Of a stretch of DNA of 33,725 nucleotides, positions 1-9,293 are shown in pieces. Position numbers and translations under genes: made by a program. The number at the start of each line of letters is the position of its first letter. Position 1 is the first letter of the stretch. Under the pieces are notes generated by a model. The model was not told the DNA's origin, made no database searches, and saw only the letters and a program-made list of their open reading frames with translations. Origin of the DNA: Planctomycetota bacterium (GTDB lineage Bacteria > Planctomycetota > Planctomycetia > Pirellulales > Pirellulaceae); contig JAZABE010000049.1 of NCBI GenBank assembly GCA_036137535.1, forward strand, positions 1 through 33,725, written 5' to 3'.

Positions 1-186
1 TGTCTTCGTCTTCCTCTTCTAAATCATCCTCGCCATCTTCCCATTGCTCTTCGTCATCCTCTTCGTCATCCTCTTCGCTGTACTCCTGCTCGTTGTCTTC
101 GTCTTCCTCTTCTAAATCATCCTCGCCATCTTCCCATTGCTCTTCGTCATCCTCTTCGTCATCCTCTTCGTCGTCCCCCTGCTCAT
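1..186. repeat. Tandem direct repeat of 93 bp (31 codons), two copies visible
   Basis: Positions 1-77 are identical to 94-170. The last 16 nt of each unit diverge. The 93-bp period keeps the acidic minus-strand reading frame. Confidence 0.9.
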
Positions 187-319
187 CATCTTCGTAATCG
201 TCCAATTCTGCTTCGTCGTCCTGGTGATCTTCATCCGACAATATTGGCAGCAAGCAAGGCTTCTGGTTGAAGAATGCCGCCTTCTGGATATCAAATGCTC
301 GCAAAGCAGGAATGGTCAC
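1..319 (-). CDS. Poly-acidic tandem-repeat protein, 5' part only (continues beyond the left window edge)
   Basis: The minus-strand frame is open from a stop at 347-349 down to position 1. A GTG at 319-317 lies 9 nt after AAGGAG (334-329), which overlaps the scpB stop codon. My hand translation reads VTIPALRAFDIQKAAFFNQKPCLLPILSDEDHQDDEAELDDYEDDEQGDDEEDDEEDDEEQWEDGEDDLEEEDEDNEQEYSEEDDEEDDEEQWEDGEDDLEEEDED. The ORF is missing from the track because it has an alternative start and no stop inside the window. Confidence 0.5.
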   Translation of the reverse strand, partial: MTIPALRAFDIQKAAFFNQKPCLLPILSDEDHQDDEAELDDYEDDEQGDDEEDDEEDDEEQWEDGEDDLEEEDEDNEQEYSEEDDEEDDEEQWEDGEDDLEEEDED

Positions 320-332
320 GATGAAATGCTCC

Positions 333-1082
333 TTAGCCGTAGTCTTCTAATGTTTCTGCTGTCGCCTCTAGCGAACTGGGAAACGGGTTATCCGTGGTTG
401 TCCTGAAATATTCTGTTTTCGGCAAGTCCTCTAATTTATCTAAACCAAAATATTTTAAAAAATATTTGGTTGTTGTATACAAAAAAGGCCTCCCCAATTC
501 TTCACTCCTTCCACTGATTTTGACATATTTTCGATCCATCAATTGCCTGAGCACTTCTCCACAGCTGACTCCTCGGATTTGTTCAATATCAGCCCTTAAG
601 ATGGGTTGTCGGTAGGCCACTATCGACAGTGTTTCTAAGGCTGGGTCCGACAACTTGGTTTCTCTGTTAAAACCGTGAAGCCTTCGGATCCAAGGCGCTA
701 GTTCCTGGTGAGTCATTAGCTGGTAACCGCCAGCAATTTTTTCGATACGGAATGCCCTGCCAAACTCCGCATATTTCCGGTTTATTTGCGTGATCACCGT
801 TCTAGCCTCTGTCCCGTCCGCTAAATTGGCTAATTTGGCTATGTGCCGAGTATTGGTAGGCTCTTTGCTAATCAACAAGACTGCCTCTACCCGTTGCATT
901 ACGGTATTCGGGTCTGCGTTATCCTGACTCTTAGCTGAATCACGGTTTTGTGGATGCCGGAAAAATGCCTTTTTAAATTGTTGGCTGGTATCCTGGTATT
1001 TTGATGAGAGAGAGACCCTAGAAAGGCTGGTTGATTTACGCACGTTATTAGCCCTAAACAATAAGTGTTTTTCTTGAGTCAT
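333..1082 (-). CDS. scpB: Segregation and condensation protein B (ScpB)
   Basis: The protein contains RVEAVLLISKEPTNTRHIAKL, GYQLMTHQELAPWIRRL, ETLSIVAYRQPILRADIEQIRGV and GRPFLYTTTKYFLKYFGL, which match the ScpB winged-helix pattern. An alternative start at 899 (MQRVEAVLL) would remove a 61-aa N-terminal extension. Confidence 0.88.
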   Translation of the reverse strand: MTQEKHLLFRANNVRKSTSLSRVSLSSKYQDTSQQFKKAFFRHPQNRDSAKSQDNADPNTVMQRVEAVLLISKEPTNTRHIAKLANLADGTEARTVITQINRKYAEFGRAFRIEKIAGGYQLMTHQELAPWIRRLHGFNRETKLSDPALETLSIVAYRQPILRADIEQIRGVSCGEVLRQLMDRKYVKISGRSEELGRPFLYTTTKYFLKYFGLDKLEDLPKTEYFRTTTDNPFPSSLEATAETLEDYG

Positions 1083-1101
1083 TGCTTTTTACAAATCACG
1101 A

Positions 1102-2310
1102 GTGAGTATCTCTTTTGTCGAAAATATCTTCAACCTTAATTATCACTCCCCCCTCTCCATGTCCTTAATTTACCTCGACAACAACGCTACGACCTTGATT
1201 CACCCGGATGTTTCTGCCGTGGTTTCGAGCACTTTGGCTAAACAGTTTGCCAACCCGGCAAGCCAGCACCAAGCGGGTCGGCTTGCTCGCCAAAATCTTG
1301 AATCAAGCCGGAAAACCGTTAGCGATTGCCTTGGATTGTCTGAAAATGACCGGTTTCTTTTCACCAGCGGGGGCACTGAAGCAAACAATCTAGCGATTTT
1401 GGGTCACTTTCCCTGTAATGAGAGCTTGGTTGGAAAAAATATTGTTGCCTCGTCCCTTGAACACCCTAGCGTCCAAACAGCTCTGGAATTTTTAGAGTCA
1501 CGAGGCCTAGAAATCCGATGGGTCCTCCCCAATGCCCTAGGTGTAGTGGAAGCCGCTGATTTTATTGATCGCTTCGATACACATACCAAACTGGCTTGCT
1601 GCACCCTGGCTAATGGTGACATCGGGACAATTCAGCCGGTTGATCAAATCGGTCAAGCTTGTTGTGATTCCAAAATACCGTTTCACGTTGATGCCGTTCA
1701 AGCTGTTGGAAAAATAGAATTTGACTTTCCTTCGCTAAACTGCACTTCTTCTTCTATTTCCGCCCATAAAATCCATGGTCCCACCTCTGTTGGTGGGTTA
1801 ATGTTAAAACACGGTCTAAAAATCGATCCCTTGTTTTGGGGTGGTTTTCAACAAGATGGCATTCGTCCTGGAACAGAAAGCATTTCCTGTGCTGCTGGTT
1901 TATCTAAGTCTCTTGAAATTGCTACTGTTTCCTTGTTTTCCAACACTGCTTTAGTCCGTTCTTTAAGAGATGAATTTGAAGAATTAGTTCTCTCTAAAAT
2001 CAACTGTGCCCAAATAAATGGTTTTCAAGCCAATCGCCTTTGCAACACTACCAATATTTCTTTTCTAGGTGTCGATCGCCAACAGTTTGTCATTGCTGCC
2101 GATCTGGCTCATTTAGCTTGTTCTACCGGATCCGCCTGCTCTAGTGGTTCAAGCCAACCATCTCCAGCTTTAGCTTCCATGAATTGTCCAAAAGAGGTGA
2201 CCGATTCAGCCGTTCGCTTCGGATTTAGCAGTTTCAATCATCGTTCTGATGTCTTTCGGGCTGTCGATCTTATTGCTTCTATTATTTCAAAAATAAAAGC
2301 ACCTAAATAA
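1102..2310 (+). CDS. Cysteine desulfurase (class V aminotransferase, NifS/IscS-like)
   Basis: Motifs seen are LDNNATT, FTSGGTEANN, HVDAVQAVGK, the PLP lysine in SAHKIHGP, and the catalytic Cys loop STGSACSSG. The ATG at 1159 (MSLIYLDNNATT) is a more likely start than the GTG at 1102. Confidence 0.9.
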   Translation: MSISFVENIFNLNYHSPLSMSLIYLDNNATTLIHPDVSAVVSSTLAKQFANPASQHQAGRLARQNLESSRKTVSDCLGLSENDRFLFTSGGTEANNLAILGHFPCNESLVGKNIVASSLEHPSVQTALEFLESRGLEIRWVLPNALGVVEAADFIDRFDTHTKLACCTLANGDIGTIQPVDQIGQACCDSKIPFHVDAVQAVGKIEFDFPSLNCTSSSISAHKIHGPTSVGGLMLKHGLKIDPLFWGGFQQDGIRPGTESISCAAGLSKSLEIATVSLFSNTALVRSLRDEFEELVLSKINCAQINGFQANRLCNTTNISFLGVDRQQFVIAADLAHLACSTGSACSSGSSQPSPALASMNCPKEVTDSAVRFGFSSFNHRSDVFRAVDLIASIISKIKAPK

Positions 2311-2400
2311 CTCGCGTTTTCCCTCTAGGGCCAGTCGATACTAACCCCCTTTTTTGATAGAATCAGCGGTTTAGCTTATCCTTTTTTTCTGCCAATTTCT

Positions 2401-3480
2401 GTGACCTTCGATTCGTCTTTTTCGCTGCGTCCTGTTTCCTCGCCTGGGCTCAATCCTGCCGAGTCTCTAGGTGTTTTACCGCCTTCTGATTCCACCGTTC
2501 CGCCACTCTGTTTTGGCCCTGAAAATTCCCTTGTTCAAACTTTTTTACCTGAACATTTTTTTCCCCTTGACCCCGCTCTTTTCCCTTTATTTTTATATGG
2601 TCCTTCATCCTGTGGAAAAAGTGAATTAGCCCTTTATATTGCTCATAATATTTCACCTGCAACCAACGTTTATTCTTTTTGTCTTTCTGATTTTTACAGA
2701 AATTTTATAGACGCTATTGAACTCAATCAATTAAAAGAATTTAGGGCTTCTTTTACTTCTGAAAACACCGTTCTTTTAATTGATAATTTTGAACAAGTTA
2801 TTAATCGACCTTCTCTTTTTAATGAGTTGATTTTCCTTTTGGACAATTGTCCAAAATTAATTATCACCAGCACCCTTCATCCCTCTGACTTAAATAAACT
2901 TCCCTATCAAATCACTAGTAGAATTTTTAGTGGACTTTCTATTCCGCTTGATAATCCTTCTTCTATTACCAAAAAATTCATACTTAAAAATGAAATTTTA
3001 AAACTAGGTACTACTATCTCCGATCCAGCTGCTTCTTGGCTGGTCAACCATTTTGGTTTTTCTTTACCTGAAATTAAACAGGTCGTTTCTAAACTTAGAA
3101 TCCACCATGATTTTTCTAAACCAATTGAACGTCCTTCTCTTCTTACCATTTTTCACCATACTCCTGGCCCCCCCATTTCCCTGAATGATATTGCCAACAT
3201 CGTCTCTAAAAAACAAAAATTAAAGACAGCTGATCTAATAAGCCAATCGAGAAAACGGTCTATTATCCTGGCTCGTGGTTTAGCTATTTTTATTGCCAGA
3301 AAATTTTTCCAATACAAATATGATGAAATTGGCCGTTTTTTTGGCAACCGCGACCACACCACCGTTTTACACGCTTACAGAAAAACATCTCTTTCCGTAG
3401 ATAAAGATCATGATTTTAAAATTTTAATCAATGACATCTTGTCTGACCTTAAAGTGACCGCTGATTCTTTCAGTGTTTAA
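2401..3480 (+). CDS. dnaA: Chromosomal replication initiator DnaA, short divergent form (domains III-IV only)
   Basis: The AAA+ core aligns with DnaA: PLFLYGPSSCGKSE (Walker A), VLLIDNFEQV (Walker B), IITST (sensor I) and ITSRIFSGLSIPL (box VII). The C-terminal DNA-binding domain reads RSIILARGLAIFIARKF..YDEIGRFFGNRDHTTVLHAYRK. The start is GTG. An in-frame stop at 2326-2328 limits any N-terminal extension to 24 codons. Confidence 0.8.
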   Translation: MTFDSSFSLRPVSSPGLNPAESLGVLPPSDSTVPPLCFGPENSLVQTFLPEHFFPLDPALFPLFLYGPSSCGKSELALYIAHNISPATNVYSFCLSDFYRNFIDAIELNQLKEFRASFTSENTVLLIDNFEQVINRPSLFNELIFLLDNCPKLIITSTLHPSDLNKLPYQITSRIFSGLSIPLDNPSSITKKFILKNEILKLGTTISDPAASWLVNHFGFSLPEIKQVVSKLRIHHDFSKPIERPSLLTIFHHTPGPPISLNDIANIVSKKQKLKTADLISQSRKRSIILARGLAIFIARKFFQYKYDEIGRFFGNRDHTTVLHAYRKTSLSVDKDHDFKILINDILSDLKVTADSFSV

Positions 3481-3741
3481 CTTTTGTTTTTTTTATTTTT
3501 ATAACTGTTTATTAATTCTTTAATTATCAACTTTTTAAAATAAGCCCCTATTAATTAATAACCATATTCAAAGCTTCCACACTTACTTTCAACAAACAAT
3601 AAACATCTTTTTCAATAAAATTTTTAAATAAAAAACTTAAATATAAAAGCAATTGTTAATAAAAATTATTTAGTAACACTTTTACGGCTCTTATTACTAC
3701 TTTCTCTAAATTTAAATATTATTAGAAGAGAGAATTAAACA
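3481..3741. other. Candidate oriC / DNA-unwinding element in the dnaA-dnaN spacer
   Basis: This 261-bp non-coding spacer has 49 G+C by hand count (about 19%). It carries long A/T runs and repeated ATTAATT/TTAATTA cores at about 3511, 3520 and 3550. Only degenerate DnaA-box matches are present (TTATCAACT at 3524-3532, TCCACA at 3576-3581). The local purine/pyrimidine skew flips here. Confidence 0.5.
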
Positions 3742-4863
3742 GTGAAAATAGAAATTAACCGAGAAGATTTTCTTTCAGTCTTCCAAACAGCAGCAGCTAT
3801 AGCTCCATCGAGAAGTCCTAAACCAATACTTCAAAATGTTAAATTAATCGCTGAAAAAAACAGCGTAACCATTTTGGCTACTGATCTTGAAATAGGGGTA
3901 AGAGTTAAAGTTGGTGAAGTAAAAATAGAAAAATCCGGCAGTGTTGTTTTGCCTGTAGGAAGATTCAATGCTGTTTTAAGGGAATCAACAGACGAAAAAT
4001 TATTAATAGAAACAAATGACTCAGGGTCAGTTGTTAAGGGAAAAAACAGTCAATTTAAATTACAAGCAGAAAGCCCAGAAGAGTTTCCGGAAATCAAGGA
4101 TTTTGAAGAAAAAGATTATTATGAAATTCCAAGTAATTTTTTTAAACAAATGATTAAAAGAACGCTTTTTGCAACGGATGCTGAAAGTGCAAGGTTTGCT
4201 TTAGGTGGAGTGTTGCTTGAAGTTGAAAAAGGAAAATTAATTGCTGTGGGAACGGATGGAAGACGCTTGGCTAAAATGGAAGGGACGTTGAAAAAAACGG
4301 GAAATCCCAAAGAGAGTGAAGGAAAAACAATAGTGCCCACTCGATCAATGCAGTTAATTGATCGAGCTCTTCCGGAAACGGATGAATTAATAAAAATAGC
4401 GACTACAGCAAATGAAATATTAATTCAGTACGGTAATGGAGTAATTTATTCAAGGCTCGTGGCAGGGAGGTTTCCACCCTGGAGAGATGTTTTTCCAAAG
4501 CGAGAAAATGGTATTCAAATGGATATCAATGTAGGTCCTATTTTTTCAGTGCTTAAGCAAGCAGCAATTGTTACGAGTGAAGAAAGTCGAGGAATAGATC
4601 TTTCTTTTGGAAAGGGATCACTAGTAATGTCGAGTACAACGGCAGAAGTCGGGGAATCTAGGGTAGAAATGCCGATACCGTATGATGGTGAAGAAATCGT
4701 GCTAACACTAGACCATCGATATTTCGCTGATTTTCTTAAAGTGTTAGAGAGCGAAAGAACTTTTCAGATGGAAATTGAAAGTGGGGAATCGGCAGCCATT
4801 TGTTCAACAGACGACGGTTACGGTTATGTCATCATGCCGCTATCAAGAGACCGGGCCAAATGA
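3742..4863 (+). CDS. dnaN: DNA polymerase III beta sliding clamp
   Basis: The N-terminus reads MKIEINREDFLSVFQTAAAIAPSRSPKPILQNVKL. Other matches are FALGGVLLEV, AVGTDGRRLA and a C-terminal YVIMPL. The 373-aa length and the dnaA-dnaN-gyrB synteny also fit. Confidence 0.95.
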   Translation: MKIEINREDFLSVFQTAAAIAPSRSPKPILQNVKLIAEKNSVTILATDLEIGVRVKVGEVKIEKSGSVVLPVGRFNAVLRESTDEKLLIETNDSGSVVKGKNSQFKLQAESPEEFPEIKDFEEKDYYEIPSNFFKQMIKRTLFATDAESARFALGGVLLEVEKGKLIAVGTDGRRLAKMEGTLKKTGNPKESEGKTIVPTRSMQLIDRALPETDELIKIATTANEILIQYGNGVIYSRLVAGRFPPWRDVFPKRENGIQMDINVGPIFSVLKQAAIVTSEESRGIDLSFGKGSLVMSSTTAEVGESRVEMPIPYDGEEIVLTLDHRYFADFLKVLESERTFQMEIESGESAAICSTDDGYGYVIMPLSRDRAK

Positions 4864-5231
4864 AAGAAGAAGAAAGGGAAAACTTAGAATTTGAAAAAAC
4901 TGCTGAGACGGTAATAAAAAAACAAAGATATCGAAGAAAACCCAAAACAGCCAACGAGCTAGTAGGGCGGTTGTTGGCTAGAAGCGGATACAGTCAAAAC
5001 CAATCACAAGAACAAATAAAAAAAATTTGGGAGAAAACCGTCGGGGACCAAATGAAAAACAAAACCAGGGCAGTGGGTATTAAAGGAGGGAACCTGACGG
5101 TGTTAGTGGAAAGCGCAATAGTGAACCAAGAAATTACGTACCAAAAAAAGGAATTGTTGGAAAAAATCAAGAGAACAACGATTGGTGAAAAAATAAAAAA
5201 CATAAAGTTTAAAATAGGGATATTTAAATAA
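4860..5231 (+). CDS. dciA: DUF721 / DciA-type protein (putative replicative helicase operator)
   Basis: The pattern LVGRLLARSG..IKKIWEKTVGDQMKNKTRAVGIKGGNLTVLVESAIVNQEI..IKNIKFKIG fits DUF721. The ATG at 4860 overlaps the dnaN TGA (ATGA). The gene occupies the slot between dnaN and gyrB. Confidence 0.72.
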   Translation: MKEEERENLEFEKTAETVIKKQRYRRKPKTANELVGRLLARSGYSQNQSQEQIKKIWEKTVGDQMKNKTRAVGIKGGNLTVLVESAIVNQEITYQKKELLEKIKRTTIGEKIKNIKFKIGIFK

Positions 5232-7733
<2,502 letters not shown>

Positions 7734-7769
7734 CGGTAAGGAAAATAAGACACCAGCAACAAGAGGTTT

Positions 7770-9059
7770 CTAGATAAAAAACTCATAATTCGAGGAATAC
7801 GACTGGGCCGGTGCCGTCCATGAATTGGTGTTCCCACTGACGACAAACCTGTCGAAATGATTGCCACCGTCAAAGACCGGAGGCAATCCGCTAAAAGAGT
7901 GATTGACAGAGAAATAATCTTTGCCGTCGGCCAAGCCAATCTCCAGGTAGTTGTCCACGTGAATCTTGTCCATAAACACGCGGTCCTTGCCATTGCCACC
8001 CCACGCCGTCAGATTGCCATACCGGGTGCAGGTTGTTTTCAGCCAGTTGTTGCCGTCGGCTAACAAAAGATCCAGTCCAACATGGAAAATTGAGCCAGAA
8101 ATTTTAACTTTGTCATCGTGCGAACCTGTATTGATTTGAGATCGGTGGACGTCAACAGAGTCTAGGATCACCCGGTCAGAGTTGGCTTGGGTCTGAATGA
8201 CAAGGTCCCCTATCGTCGCGTTGCCCCAAGCCCACGGGAAGCTTCCTGGTTTGACGGCGACAGTGTCATTGTGATCACCAGTTTGAATGACAACGGATTG
8301 ATAAAGGCCGCTGCGAATATCAACACGATCGTTGCCATCCTCGGTTTTAACTGATAAGTTACCGCCGACAAAACCATGGGCGTTAACTTTATCGTCACCA
8401 TCACCGGTCAACACATCACTGTGGCCACCTTGAATTGCGTAGAGGCGAACCATGTCGTCGCCGGCTCCTGACCGAACAATAAGGTCTCTGGGATTAAAAA
8501 AGCCGATGCTGATGCGGTCGTCGCCCGCAAGGGACTGAACTTCCAGTGTATCCGCATAGGTTTCTTTTAGAAAAGTCTTGTCATTCCCGTTGCCCATTTG
8601 GGCGAAAAAGATTTCTGCCGAACTGTTTTTGGAACTGAGGACATCTCCTTGATTCCCTGTCCTGATGTCGATGAGAGAGTTGGCCGGTTTCAATTGAACA
8701 CTATCCAGCTGGATCTTGTCCAAACCATCACCAGTGTCGGCAGTGATCTTGGCGAGGGCCGAAATATTCTTGATCCTGAGAACATCGTTACCGTGTTTGA
8801 GGTCGACATGGAGTTCAGGGTCAGGGAAAGGCAAAGAAAACAAGAGCTGAGGACTACCGTTGACGGTAGTATTGTTCACGCCCGTAACCAGAAAATTAGA
8901 GCTAGAAACTTCTTCGACTCGGATTTCGTTGTCGAGTGCATCCCCGAAAATGTCGAGTGAATTGCCGCTAACAGCCGCTGTCACGTTTCCGGCAAGAAGC
9001 TCTTTGTTTTCGAGAGTTTCTATGCTCAGCCGACGAGCTGATTTGGTGATGGCAGACAT
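7770..9059 (-). CDS. Repeat protein with about 12 GxGxD-type (calcium-binding-like) repeats and an N-terminal RRLSIETLENKELLAG motif
   Basis: The chosen start is MSAITKSARRLSIETLENKELLAG at 9059; the ORF track extends to 9137. Recurrent GDGLDKI, GNGNDKT, AGDDRI, GAGDDMV, GDGDDKV, EDGNDRV, GDHNDTV, GSHDDKV and GNGKDRV motifs occur at roughly 20-25 aa spacing. Confidence 0.7.
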   Translation of the reverse strand: MSAITKSARRLSIETLENKELLAGNVTAAVSGNSLDIFGDALDNEIRVEEVSSSNFLVTGVNNTTVNGSPQLLFSLPFPDPELHVDLKHGNDVLRIKNISALAKITADTGDGLDKIQLDSVQLKPANSLIDIRTGNQGDVLSSKNSSAEIFFAQMGNGNDKTFLKETYADTLEVQSLAGDDRISIGFFNPRDLIVRSGAGDDMVRLYAIQGGHSDVLTGDGDDKVNAHGFVGGNLSVKTEDGNDRVDIRSGLYQSVVIQTGDHNDTVAVKPGSFPWAWGNATIGDLVIQTQANSDRVILDSVDVHRSQINTGSHDDKVKISGSIFHVGLDLLLADGNNWLKTTCTRYGNLTAWGGNGKDRVFMDKIHVDNYLEIGLADGKDYFSVNHSFSGLPPVFDGGNHFDRFVVSGNTNSWTAPAQSYSSNYEFFI

Positions 9060-9293
9060 CTGGCGACCTTTCCTTTTATCAAAATCCAGTGGGTAGCTGC
9101 TTTGTGGATTGCCATCCGGCCATTCGGCCGGACACAAAACCCCGGAAATGAAAGAAACACCGCAGTTTCCCTTTGAAAGCCGATGCAGCCAGCCCGCGTT
9201 TCGATTTCTTCGTCAGCCCGAACGGTGCCAGCAGGCAGCGGAAGTGATGATCAGGATGGCACCGCAGTCCGCATGGTTTGAGGCGGTAGCCTT

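Noticed and set aside
137-406. An 89-aa plus-strand hydrophobic ORF (MLFVILFVILFVV...)
   Set aside because: It is the mirror image of the acidic repeat: GAA/GAC codons read on the other strand give F/V/L. It would also overlap the 3' end of scpB (333-406) on the opposite strand. The minus-strand acidic frame has an SD plus GTG start and is preferred.
4800-4859. A 20-codon N-terminal extension of the DUF721 ORF as listed in the track
   Set aside because: It overlaps the dnaN C-terminus. The ATG at 4860 gives the common ATGA stop/start overlap and a sensible N-terminus.
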